This document shows positions 38,841 to 51,292 of a stretch of DNA of 64,000 nt, one piece after another (positions within the stretch are counted from its first letter, which is position 1; every line of letters starts with the position of its first letter). A program made the translations under genes and the position numbers. The stretch covers positions 101,620,001 to 101,684,000 of the forward strand of contig NC_086108.1 of the NCBI RefSeq assembly GCF_963921235.1. Direction: 5' to 3'. The stretch comes from Mobula hypostoma (lineage: Eukaryota). A model generated the notes under the pieces. It saw only the letters and a list, made by a program, of their open reading frames with translations. It was not told the origin of the DNA and did not search any database.

Positions 38841-41078
38841 GTAACCAGTACCAGATAGCTAGCACTAGAAGAACAGTGTGAGAACATTTTTGGAGAGGGT
38901 GCAGAAATTCACCAGAATATTACCTGGCTTGGAGATCTTCACCAATGAGGAGGGAAGACACAATTGTAGTAACGCATCCTATTTTGAAACCCTGTCCGTT
39001 TTGTAATAAAGACTAATGAGCTATTATAAAGATTAGCTTTATTTGACAGATGTACATCAAAACATGCAGGGAAATGCACTGTTTTCATCAACTTTGAACT
39101 CGGTCTGAGTGCTAAAATGGTTGGCACAACATTGTGGGTCGAAGGGCTTGAACTGTCCTATAGTGTTCTACATCTGGGAGCAGCCTGCAAGATTCACCAG
39201 GATAGTAACACCACAGATTATTTACCCAAACTCATACTACTTTGGAAGATAAAGGAAACCAGAGCACTTGGAGGAAGCTCACGTAGTCACAGGAAGAACG
39301 TGCAAACCCCTTACAGACAGCGGCGGGAATCAAACTCGAATCTTATGGCTGGGACTGTAAAGGGTTGCCTTTCTATTATATCTTCTGCACTTTGGTGATT
39401 CTTGTCTAGCTGTCTAGTTATATCCCTGCAGCTGACTAGACTCATCTATTCTGACTCTGTCTTCTATGCAATACATAATGTTCATCATGGTAGCATACAT
39501 CCCACTAAAAGTCTTGCTATACCCACACAAGTCTACAGAAGAGAATGATGAACATTGTCACCACCAGAGTTGAAATAAATAAACCTCAACATATTTTGTA
39601 TTTATTTCCAATGTTTTGAACACAATGGTGACTAATATTCTTGCAGATAGGTTTGTTGGAGCTGTAATGGAGGGTATAAACTACTTTGACAGTGAGATTC
39701 GCTGGACAGTGGTGTAGTAGCATCAGACTTTGAGACAACTGGTCCTGGCTAGAATCCAGCTCCTTCCACACTTTCCAACTCTGCTGAGTTGAGCATCAAG
39801 CAAGCAACTCAGTCTTGTTTAAAAAAAAAGACAAAATGCTAAAGGTTGCAGCCTGATTAGCCACAAGACACAGAGGGATAACTAACAATGAGATGGGAGC
39901 CAGAATAATAGGTCAGAGGATGGAGCAGTTGGTGTAAAGGTAAATGTACTGTGTAGAGAGACTGTGAGGATGAACAGCCAGTATATAGAGCATAACTGTA
40001 GTTTGTTAGATTAGTTGAAATGTGTCTATTTTAATGCAAGACATATGAGCAAAAGGGTGATGAACTTAGAACATGGGACAGTATATGGAACTATAACATT
40101 GTGTCTATTACAGAAACTTGGCTGTCACAAAGGCTGGAATGGCTAATGGATGTTCTGGGGTTTAAATCTTTCAGACGGATAGGGAGGGAGGTGAAAGAGG
40201 TGGCATTGCTAATCAGTGATAGTATCACAGTGGCAGAAAACAATGTCGTTGTGGAAGGATAGTGTACTGAGTCAGTGTGGGTGCAAATCAGAAACAAGAA
40301 TGCAGCAATCACTCTATTGGGAGTATTCTATAGACCCCCAAAAGCAGCAGACACTGAGGAACAGGTTGGCAGGCAGATTTTGGAAAGGTGCAAAAAAAAA
40401 GAGCTGTTGTCATGGGTGACTTCAACTTCCCTGCTATTGATTGGCACCTCCTAAGTGTAAAAAGTTTTGATGGGGCAAAATTTGTTCAGTAAATCTGGGA
40501 TAGATTACTGACAAAATAAGTAGACAGGCTGACTAGAGGAAAGGCCATACTGGATCTGGTACAGGTATTCCTCCGCCATCCGAAGGCAGAACGTTCCTAT
40601 GAAACAGTTTGTAAGCTGGAATGTTGTAAAGTGAAGAAGCAATTACCATTTATTTATATGGGAAAAATTTGTGAGCGTTCACAGACCCAAAAATAACCTG
40701 CCAAATCACGCCAAATAACGCATAAAACCTAAAATAACAGTAACATATAGTAAAAGCAGGAATGATGATAAATACACAGCCTATATAAAGTAGAAATACC
40801 TTTCCATAATCATTGCTTGCACTGTTCTCCGTAGCGAAAAACTCACACAAGTGCTCTCGGCAGAAACACGGCGCAAGCGCTGTTGGCAAAAACACTCTCC
40901 AGTAATCTTTAAGCTGTGAAGCTGCCAAATCATACCAAGTAACACGTAAAATTACACAGCCAATATAAAGTAGAAATAATGTATGTACAGTGTAGTATCA
41001 CTTACCGGAATCGGGAAGACAGGGCCAAGCACACTGATGATGGTGTGTTAAGCTGAGTCGTCAGAGGTTGGGGTGGTG

Positions 41079-41420
41079 CAGTGGCCCCCACCCTCCGGGC
41101 AGCGACCCAATACCGATCCGCGAAGCATGCAGGGCTACAACGGTAGCCGGGACGCCCCCAGCACATCTTCAAGAAAAAAGCCAAAGTAAGCAAGCTAATT
41201 AATTAGGTGCCACCCAGCACGTAATTGTTGGCCCAGATCAGAGGCGATGCAAAATCGCCTCTGATCTGGGCCAACATTTACGTGCCAGGCAGCACCTAAT
41301 TAATTAGCATGTTTATTTTGGCTTTTTTCTTAAAGATGTGCTGTGTGCCTTCTGGCTACCGTTGCATTCTCCACGAATCGGTATCTGTCTGCAGCCCGGG
41401 GGTTGGGGTGGTGAGACACT
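41079..41420. repeat. Foldback (palindromic) MITE inside Tigger
   Basis: Arms of about 165 bp centred near 41251 (GCCCAGATCAGAGGCGAT-gcaaa-ATCGCCTCTGATCTGGGC). Confidence 0.85.
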
Positions 41421-41637
41421 GGGGTGTCATCTAATCGTCGTGTTTCCATTAGGGCAGGCAGCTCATCTTCTCCTATGACTGCCTGCCTCGATGTCGAAGG
41501 TCGAGGTTCATCGTCTGCTGTGGCTGATGTGGAAGGCATGAAAAATGACTGTATGTTTGACTGCTGAGCCTCAAGGACTCAAACCATCTTGCAAATATGC
41601 CCTAGACCGACGTACCGTTTCAAAATTAAAGTCGTAC

Positions 41638-42060
41638 TGTCACAAAAAACTGTGGGTCAATTGTTTAAGAAAGATAACAAGATGGCTTGAGTCGCAAAAA
41701 TAGATTGAGGTGCTTTCATTTACCTCAAAACAAGAAAAAAACTAATATATGTATGTATGTAAAAATATACAGCCACCCTCAGACCAAACACAAAAGAAAA
41801 CTAACCCAAAAGCCTTGGTAACCTGAGCCTTATAACTGCTAAGCCCCTCTCCCTGGACCAACCAAAAGCTAATTAACTCAATTATCCAATTAAGAATGGT
41901 ATCCTCCACCATCAGCACACCTGTGCAGGTTGCTGCTGCCTCTATGAGACAGCTCCATACAGCAGCTCTGTTTCAGACTCAGTCACTATCACTGCTGGGG
42001 ATAAGTGTTTTACCGAGTGCGCCATGTGCTGTCCATAGTCAGTGACGGGCCTTCATCACA
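41638..42060. mobile_element. Solo LTR (423 bp) inside Tigger
   Basis: TGTCACA...CATCACA termini; 5-bp TSD CGTAC (41633-41637 / 42061-42065). Confidence 0.78.
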
Positions 42061-43427
42061 CGTACTTTATCATTGCAGTGAAAATCTCACGCAGTTGCTT
42101 CACGTTCAGTTCCTGGACGACTTCACTTCTGTTTATTACTGCATTCGGTTTCGATTGTTATCCTTTCCTCTTCCAATTGCATCAGCTCTTCCTCTATCAG
42201 TTCTTGGTCATGAGATGCCAAAACCTCTTCAATATCATCTTCGTCAACTTCCACAAAACAAACTCACTTTGTCCTTACTTCATTCACCACGATCAAAACA
42301 CTTAATTATGTCTAGTTTTACGCTAAGTGTAACACCCTTATGAGATCTTTTATGCTTTTCCGATACCTTAGAACTCATCTTGCTAATGGCTGCTCACAGG
42401 CACGTGTTTAAACAATGCAGGCGAGAATGCTGTTCCGGATCCGGGGGAGAGTGGCTGCTTGGGGCGTGCGCTGCTTTTTATCACGCGCTGCCTTTCTTCA
42501 TAACAGTGAAAACACCTTCTGTTAGCGAAAACAGGTAACTAATGTAGGTCTTTCGTAACAGTGAGGTTTCGTAAAGCGAATGTTCGAAAAGCGGGGGACG
42601 CCTGTACTAGTAATGAACCTGATCAGGCGACAGATCTCTTGGAGGGCGAGAATTTCGAAGGAGTGATGACAACTCTCTGACCTTGGACAGTTTAGGAGCA
42701 AACAGAATAGGAAGGCGCTGACTTGGGGTAGGGGAAATTTTGATCCTATTAGGCAGGAACTTGGGAGCATAAAGTGGGAACAGATGTACTCAGGGAAATG
42801 CACAACGGTAATCTGGAGGTTGCTTATTTATGTATTTTATTTATTGAGATACAGTGCAGAATTGGCACTTCTGGCCTTTGAGTCACACCACCACTCAATC
42901 TCCCCATTTGACCCTAGCCTAATCACGGGACAATTTACAATGACCAATTAACCTACCAACCAATACGTCTTTGGACTGTGGGAGGAAACGGCAGCACCTG
43001 GAGGAAACTCACTCTGAAACATGGAAAATGTACAAAGTCCTTACAGGCAATGGCAGGAGCACTTGCACAGGGTTCTGGATAGGATTGTTCCATTGAGGCA
43101 GGGTAAGGATAGTAAATTGAAGAAACAAAAGATGTGGAACATCTAGTCAAGAGGAAGAGAAAAGCTTACTTAAGGTTTTGGAACCAAGGTTTAGACAGAG
43201 TTCTAGATTTATAAAGTAACCAGGAAGGAGCTTGAAATGCACTAAAGAGAGCTAGAAGGGGACATAGGAAGACTTTGATTAGTAGAATTAAGGATTCCCC
43301 AAGGTGTTCTATACATATGAAAAGATACATATGTATGTGGATAACTAGAGTGAGGGTTGGACTGATAAAAGAGGAAATCATGGATAACATCTGAATTATT
43401 TATTATTTTTCCTTTTCCATTAAATAG

Positions 43428-43534
43428 GAGGTCTACAGTTTACAGTCACCGATAACGTGGACACGAATGGACTAATTGATGCATTCAGTGCACTAGAATC
43501 AGGAGATGGTGACATTAATTAGCAGTCAATCCAG
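43428..43534 (+). CDS. CLCA: CLCA exon 9, with in-frame stop
   Basis: aaatag|(G)GLQFTVTDNVDTNGLIDAFSALESGDGDIN*QSIQ|gtttga; TAG at 43520-43522; 107 nt, phase 1-0. Confidence 0.9.
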
Positions 43535-43620
43535 GTTTGATTACCTTAGAGAGTTAATTTCAAATTATTCTTCTGGTACTAAGTGCTCTGTAATAATGTA
43601 TATTATTTCCTCATTTCTAG

Positions 43621-43842
43621 CTTGAAAGTAAGGGAAGAAATGTTGATGAAAACAGTTGGTTTAATGATTCATTTGTCATCGATAAAACTGTTGGAAACAA
43701 CACACATTTTGTGTTCACTTGGGAGATGTGCACACCACAAGTATTTGTACGTGACCCCAATGGAAAAGTATACGGCAACAATGACATTGTCATAGAAGAG
43801 TACATGCGCACTGCACGGCTCGAAATTGAAGGCGCTGCACAG
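43621..43842 (+). CDS. CLCA: CLCA exon 10
   Basis: ttctag|LESKGRNVDENSWFNDSFVIDKTVGNNTHFVFTWEMCTPQVFVRDPNGKVY...RTARLEIEGAAQ|gtatac; 222 nt. Confidence 0.92.
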
Positions 43843-44079
43843 GTATACTATGTACCTGAAAGATTATCTTCATTTCTCTTTCCACAGATGCTGATGGACC
43901 TGTCCGGTTTCCACAGTTTTCTAGTTTTACTTTCTGTTAACATTGCAGTCAACGTCCATTATTTGGTCATGTTCATTCAGTTTCTATTGACTGAGTGTTA
44001 CTGTTTATTGCCATACACTTTCTATTCTACAGATCAAATTGGACTATTGTATACAGTTATGTTTTTCACACTACACTTG

Positions 44080-44900
44080 TTTCATTTGCTTTACACTTAT
44101 GACAGTGAAGCTAAGTACAACGCCAATACCATACTGATGTTTGCTGATGATATCACTATTGGCCAGATCAAAGGTCGTGACGAATCAGCATAGAGGACGG
44201 AGATTAAAATCTGGCTCAGTGGTGCCACAACAACCTCTCGCTCAATGTCAGGTAGTAAAGAGTTGATTATTGACTTTAGGAGGAGGAAACTAGATGTCCA
44301 TGAGCCAGTCCTCATCAGGGAATCATAGTGGAGAGGCACAGCAACGTTAAATTCCTTGGTTAGCATTTCAGAGGATCTGTCCGGGGCCCAGCAGGTAAGT
44401 GCAGTAAATCTACTTCCTTAGAAGTTTGCAAAGATTTGGCATGACATCAAAAAAAATCTTGACAGATTATATTATAAGAGTATATTGACTGGTTGTATCA
44501 TGAAAACAAAACACCCCTGAACAGGCATTCATACAAAAAGTAGTGGATATGGCTCATTCCATCACAGGTAAAGCCCTCCCCAGTTTGAGCAAATTTACAC
44601 AGAACGCTCTCACAGGAATTCAGCATCATTAGGGACACCAACCACGTATGCCATGCTTTCTGCTTGCTGCTGCCATCAAGATGAAAATACAAGATCCTCA
44701 GGACCCACAGCACCAGGTTCAGAAACAATTATTACCCCTCAACCATCAGGATCTTGAACCAGATGCATAACTGCACTCAACATCACTTACCCCATCAATG
44801 AACTGTTGCCACAACCTATGAATTCAATTCCAAGGACTCTATCTCATGTCTATCTCCTCGATATTTGTCGCTCATTTATTTATTATTTTTCTCTATTGTA
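44080..44900 (+). mobile_element. Rex1/Babar-like LINE fragment
   Basis: LYTYD...MFADDITI, KELIIDFRR, then a degenerate 3' region. Confidence 0.7.
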
Positions 44901-44934
44901 TTTGCACAGTTCGTACTCTTCTGAACATTCAAAA

Positions 44935-46455
44935 TTAGAAACATGGAAAACCTACAGCAGAATTCAGGCCCTTTGGCCGACAAAGCTGTGCCAAACATAT
45001 CCTGAAATTACCTAGGTTTATACATAATCTACTTTTCTCAACTTCATGTACCTGTCCAGGAATCTCTTAAAAGACCCTATCGTATCCACCTCCACCGCCG
45101 TCGCTGGCAGCCCATTCCACGCACTCACCACTCTCTGCGTTAATAAAAAAAAAACTTACTCCTGACATCTCCTCTGTACCTACTTCTAAGCACCTTAAAA
45201 CTGTGCCCTCTCATGCTGGCCAATTCAGCCCTGAGAAAAAACCTTTGACTATCCACAAGATCAATGCCTCTCATCTTATACACCTCTATCAGGTCACCTC
45301 TTATCCTCCGTCACTCCAAGGAAAAAAGGCTGAGCTCAATCAACCTATTCTCATAAGGCATGCTCCCCAATCCAAGCAACATCCTTGTAAATCTCCTTTG
45401 CACCCTTACTATGGTTTCCACATCCATCCTGTAGTGATGTGACTAGAGAACTGAGCACAGTACTCCAAGTGAGGTCTGACCAGGTTCCTATACAGCTACA
45501 ACAATACCTTTTGGCTCCTAAACTCAATCCCACGATTGATGAAGGCCAATGCACCATATGCTTTCTTAGCCACAGTCAACCTGCGCAGCAGCGTTGAGTG
45601 TCCTGTGGACTTGGACCCCAAGATCCCTCTGATCCTTAACACTGCCAAGAGTTTTACCATTAATACTTTATTCTGCCATCAAATTTGACCTACCAAAATG
45701 AACCACTTCACACAATCACCTGCCACTTCTCAGCCCAGTTTTTCATCCTATCAATGTCCTGCTGTAACCACTGACAGCCCTCCACACTATCCACAATACC
45801 CCCAACCTTTGAGTCATCAGCAAATTTACTAACCCATCCCTCCACTTCCTCATCCAGTCATTTATAAAAATCATGAAGAGTAGGGGTCCCAGAACAGATC
45901 CCTGAGCCACACCACTGGTGACCTCCATGCAAAATATGACCCATCTACAACCACTCTTTGCCTTCTGTGGGCAAGCCAGTTCCAGATCCACAAAGCAATG
46001 TCCCTTTCGATCCCATGCCTCCTTACTTTCTCAATATGCCTTGCCTGGGGTACCTTGTCAAATGCCTTGCTAAAATCCATATACACTATATCTACTGCTC
46101 TACCTACATCAATGTGTTTAGCCACATCCTCAAAAAATTCGATCAGGCTCATAAGGCATGGCCTGCCTTTCACAAACCCATACTATACCATATTATACCT
46201 CTCCAAATCTTCATAAATTCCACCTCTCAGGATCTTCTCCATTAACTTACCAGCCACTGGTCTATAATTTCCTGGGCTACCTCTGCTCCCTTTCTTGAAT
46301 AACATCCGCAACCCTCCAATCCTCTGGAACCTCTCCCGTCCCCATTGATGATGCAAAGATCATTGCCAGAGGATCAACAATCTCCAGCCTCACCTCTCAC
46401 AGTAGCCTGGGTACATCTCATCCAGTCCCGGTGACTTATCTAACTTGATGCTTTG
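44935..46455 (-). mobile_element. CR1 LINE fragment
   Basis: KGRPCL.SLIEFFE, MDFSKAFDKVP, GVAQGSVLGPLLF. Confidence 0.85.
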
Positions 46456-47299
46456 CAAATGGATGTGGAGAGGATGTTTCCTATGTTGGGAGAGTCTAAG
46501 GCTATATGAGGAACATTTGATGGCTCTGGGTCTGTACTCACTGGAGTTCAGAAGAATGAGGAGGGATCTCTCTAAAACATACTGAATATTGAAAGGCCTA
46601 TTTAGAGTGGACTTGGAGAGAATGTTTTCAATAGTGGGGGAGATGAGGACCAGAGGGCACACTCAAAATACAAGGTTGTCCGTTTAGAATGGAGATGAGG
46701 AGGACTTCTTTAGACAGAGGATGGTGAATCTGTGGAACACATTGTCACAGACAGCTGTAGATTCTAAATTATTGCGCTTGTCTAAAGTGAAAGTTGATAT
46801 TTTTTCATCACTAAATGTGTCAAAGGTTACTGGAAGAAGACAGGTTTACAGAAAATTCAATCAACCATGATTAATTAACTGAGCAGACTCAATGGCCCAA
46901 ATGGCCTAATTCTGCCCATTTTATAGTCTAATGGAGATTTGAGGAGCATGCTTTCACACAAGGGGTGGTAAATGTCTGGAACAATCTGTCAGAAGAGATG
47001 GTAAGAAACTGATACAGTTACAACATTTAAGAGGCATTTGGACAGGTATCTGGATAGAAAAGACATAGAGGAATATGGTCTTAATGCTGGCAAACAGTAC
47101 GAGTTGTGCCCAAGGACCCAGTCCTGTGTTCCTCTTCTCTATGGCTCAATAACATTCCCTGTGACTGTGTAGGTTTCCTCTGGATGCTCCACTTTCCTCC
47201 CACATCCCACACTCAGAATAGTAGTGATTTGGCCAGTGTAAATCGCCCCTGTATGTAGGTGAATATGAGTATCAGGACAGAGATAATGGGCATGTCTTA

Positions 47300-47804
47300 T
47301 TCTAATTCTTGGGTCATTATCTCCCAGTGGAGCATAGACCATTGATGACCTTCTGTCTCCATTGTTCTCCGTTCTTTGTGGGTGGACCAAGAATGTCCCC
47401 ATTGCTGAATTTTGGTCTTTGTGTCTCTCCTTCATGGATTCCATTTTAATGCCTGCCTCATGACGATGTTGTTGGCTTCTTCAAGCTGTGAATAATCCAC
47501 CTCCATTTCTGTTTGCATTTTTGTACCTCTGTGGATTCCTGGTTGATGTTTTCTCATGGTGTCTGGTTGGTTACTTTGTCAGTCCATGTGATGTTTAGGA
47601 TACTTCTCAGGCACTGGTTGATGAAGCCTGCAGCTTTTGTAGTGCCTTCGTTGTTGTTTTGCAGTTTTCAGACCCATATAGGTGCACTGTTTTAACATTT
47701 GAGTTTTGAAGATTCTGATTTTGATTTTCCTTAATATTTTTCTGGATGTTCACACTTCAAGATATTGAAATCTGCTCTGGCCTTTTTGATCCTGGCTTTG
47801 TCAT
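47300..47804 (-). mobile_element. RTE-clade LINE 3' fragment, interrupted by the Gypsy insertion
   Basis: Reverse strand KARADFN...LYGSE...KLQAFINQCLRSILNITWTDKVTNQ (with frameshifts). Confidence 0.6.
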
Positions 47805-49902
47805 TGCGACGGGATCCTGAATTATCCCTTATGAACTATGCTTTTAAAAAGAGAGAGAGAGCTGCACAGCACAAACAAATTGTTAGAGAGAGAGAGAGAG
47901 AGACAGAGCGAGAGACAGAGACAGAGACAGGCAGGCGCGAAGACTGCTCAGTTTGTTTGGAATTTCTGCAAGGACACTGCCAGCTTCTGAGTTCCTACAG
48001 AGAGAGAATGGAGGAGCTACTTGATGGACAGCTGGTGTCCAGTATGCTGAGATAAATACAAGGTCAGCTGGTTGTTGGACATGCATGATTTTGGACACTG
48101 GATGAGCTTTGTTGTGCCCACAGAAAGGTGGGTTTTTAGAGGTTTGATCAGGAGAATTGATCAGTGGCTCTCGCAGTGTGGAAAAGGTGTGACCAGTGGG
48201 AAGTTATTAGTGTGTGTTCAACCCTCGCCTGGATTGATAACTCCACTACAGAAAACGGTCCCCTTGTTGTGGTCACATTCGGTGACTTCTAAAGGATTTT
48301 GGAGGACAACGGGAAGAATCAATGGCATCGGCTTACTCAAACAACTACAACACCTCTCTCTCTCCAATACAACTCAACTCAATACCACAAACTGACCTGA
48401 ACTTTACCCATCACCATAAGACTGTATCCATTTACCACTAGGTTTGAAGAAGCTTGGTTTTTATGTTTCCACACTTACATATGTATAATCTGTGCTAACC
48501 TGTTTGATATATCTGAATTTATATTACTATATTGCGTAGTTACTAATAAATAGCGTTAGTTAACAGCAATAGCATACTCCAAGGTGTTTTCCATTTCTGC
48601 TAGATCTTTAACCCATCACGGGGTATGTGACAGAATTGGGGTCTGTGTCCAGGATTTGAACAAATTGTGTGGGGGCTTGTTTGAATTGATTGGGGAAAAT
48701 CCTTTCTGATTTGTTTGTGTGGAAAAACAGCAGAAATAGAGGTTAGTGTTGAGAGATTTCTGTTGGAACCAACCCCTGAAGCGTTGGAGGACGCTATGAG
48801 GAATGTGCTATTGGCAATCACACAAAAGTTAAAAGTTAAGGTGACCACTAAAATGAAGAGGGCTCAGATGCAGTCGTTAATAGCACAGCACTATGTATCC
48901 AAAGGAACAATGCAACAGATGAGGTTGTTTTAATCCACGATGTTGAGTTTACTCCGGATGAGAGTTTCCCAGAGAGTAGCTGGGAGGTTCGGGGTGACCT
49001 TGAATTTGAAATTGGGACAAGTGATGAAAGCCCATAAGAGGCAGCTGTCCCGATTGCCTATGTTCAGGTTGTTGAAGTACCCGTGGATTTCCAGGGTACT
49101 GAACCTTGTGTTGAAGCTCAGTTAAGGTCTGAGGTGTCTGACTCGGTTGACAAGGAATGCAGTCCTTTTGTGTCAGATGGTTTTGGTTCAGTGAATAAGG
49201 GGTTAACCTTGCTACCAGTGGAAATTGAAGATTCTCTGTCACTTGTATTAGACAGTGTTCTAAAAGTTAGTGATGGGATGAAAATTGCTGAAGTAAGTGT
49301 TACAGAAGGTATTGAGAAAAGTGTTGTTTTTGGACTTTTGAATAAAGTACTTGTGAAGGTTGGATTGGTTTCGCGACCTTTGACCCTGCTTTCAGGATAA
49401 GGGCCTGCTAAAGAAGTATGTGCCACTCTGTTGAATTTTGTTTTAACATTTGGATGTAAATGCCTTCAAGGTTATGGAGTTGCTTTTCACGATTGTGATG
49501 TGGAGAAGAAGGATTGGTTTGGTTTTGAGAAGCCATTTGAAGAGGTTACTATGGAGACATATAGAGATAAAGGTTGTAGGAATGGAATAAATGGATTGTT
49601 TGGCATTTTTCACAATATACACATGGCTTTCGTAAGTCTGGTGATAGTGCTGAGTTTAGTAAACACTGGGGAGAAGTTGACACCTATCCAAGGTAATCTT
49701 TATTCAGCAGTTCAGCTAACGAGTAAGCCTGCTGCTGCTGCTGCTGCTGAAGACCTGCCCATAGATACTGATGTGTACCCCACATGCGCAGTAACCAGAA
49801 GCATATCTAAAAAGTCTGCTGATGCTCATGATGATTTACCAAAGACTTTCTTACCGTCCCTATTCCAGCAGGACTTAGAGGGTAGTAAAGCTGATGAGAG
49901 TA

Positions 49903-51292
49903 TGTCACAATGGGGGCATTGGGAACGGACCCAAATGCAAGACACAGACACTGAAGTACAAGGAACAGGACTTGACTAGAGTAGGGACATGAGAGGATAC
50001 AGACAAGGAGCAGGGACAAGAACGCAGACTAGGGCTTGGACCCCGAGCCAGAGACTGGACAAGGACCCAGAAACTGGGTCTTGCCTCCGGCTTGGGCGCC
50101 AGAACCAGGCATGGACATGACATGACTGCAGGACTTGAGGCTGGGGTCTTGAGGCTTGAGCTTGGAGACAGGCTGGAGTCTTGGTCTTGAAACTTGAGCT
50201 TGGAGACCAGCTGGGGTCTTGGTCTTGAGGCTTGAGCTTGGAGACAGGCTGGGGTCTTGGTCTTGAGGCTTGAGCTTGGAGACAGGCTGGGGTCTTGGTC
50301 TTGAGGCTTGAGCTTGGAGACAGGCTGGGGTCCTCAAGGCTTGGGTTCTTGGAGCTTGGCTTGGGATCCTCGAGGCTTGGGTTCTTGGAGCTTGGCTGCG
50401 GGACCTTCGAGGCTTGGGTTCTTGGAGCTTGGCTGTGGGATCTTCGAGGCTTGGGTATGGACTCCGAGCCAGAGACTGGGCAAGGACCCAGAACCTGGGA
50501 CTAGTCTCAGGCTCAGACTCAGACTCCAGAACTACGCAAGGACAAGGAACTCCTGGGTAGGACAAGACACAAGGACAGGTAAAGGCACATGGACAGGACT
50601 CGGATAGGACTGGACTAGGCACGGGCTGGACGAGGGCCTTCAGAAGCACGGAGCCTTGGACTAGAAGAGACAGGAGCACGGAACATAGAGCTGCAACCCC
50701 TCCTTGGGAACAGGATGTAAGGCCGGGACTCACACACATAACACAGAGCTGGGACCCCTCCTTGGGAACAGGACATAGAGCCGGGACTCATACAATGAAC
50801 ACTGAACGTGAAGAGACAGATCCCAACACAAGGTGATGGCAAATGGCCAGACTCACCTAGCGAAGGTGTGGACACAGAGACAGATCCCAACACTAGGTGG
50901 TGGCAAATGACTGGACCCACTAGCGAAGGCGTGGACAACAGAGGGACAATTCCACACAACAAAAGACAGTTCCTTATCTTGATCTAACAAGGCTCCGGTC
51001 TTGCTCTGGCGGTAACACTTCAGTGGTACAGGTGGGGTATCCAGGTGAGGTATTGAGGCAGAGAGTCAGGCGAGGTATCCAGGCAGGGACTCAGGCAAGG
51101 GGGAAAAAGACAGGGAGGGGAATAGAACAGTCCAGCAGGGAATCCCTGGTTTGCAGAGGTATTTATGTCTCAGCCCCATAACGAGAAACATGTGCCCACA
51201 ACAGAAACTGGGGAAAACCAGATACCCCGGAACAAGGAACCATGGACTGGACCGTGAACTGGAACATGGACTTCATGGAGCGGACTACGACA
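49903..51292 (-). mobile_element. Long solo LTR with internal tandem arrays, nested in the Gmr1-like element
   Basis: TGTCACAA...TACGACA termini; 5-bp TSD GAGTA (49898-49902 / 51293-51297). Confidence 0.82.
50140..50455. repeat. Minisatellite arrays (units of about 38 bp) inside the LTR
   Basis: About 5 copies of GGGGTCTTGGTCTTGAGGCTTGAGCTTGGAGACAGGCT, then about 3-4 copies of TCGAGGCTTGGGTTCTTGGAGCTTGGCTGNGGGA. Confidence 0.85.

Larger units (their letters stand above)
40562..42604 (-). mobile_element. Tigger/pogo-type DNA transposon remnant
   Basis: TA|CAGGTATTCCTCCGCC...GCGGGGGACGCCTG|TA termini with TA TSD; degenerate transposase C-terminal sequence on the - strand. Confidence 0.78.
39950..43390 (+). 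mobile_element. CR1 fragment (endonuclease region) split by Tigger
   Basis: Degenerate ITETWL, GGEVALLI, ESVWV, YRPP, MGDFNFP, LDLV; resumes at 42605. Confidence 0.75.

Noticed and set aside
43520..43522. Possible recoded stop (selenocysteine or readthrough)
   Set aside because: The codon is TAG, not TGA; it is one transition from CAG; and an upstream frameshift already breaks the frame
43711..44193. 160-aa ORF with a hydrophobic middle, suggesting a membrane-anchored CLCA isoform
   Set aside because: Read-through of exon 10 into T-rich intron and a Rex1 fragment; also downstream of both disabling lesions
50140..50455. Regular repeats of about 38 bp resembling a CRISPR array
   Set aside because: Head-to-tail units without unique spacers, eukaryotic context, no cas genes
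50029..50739. 236-aa minus-strand ORF with repetitive Pro/Gln/Ser-rich sequence
   Set aside because: Translation of minisatellites inside a solo LTR; no domain motifs
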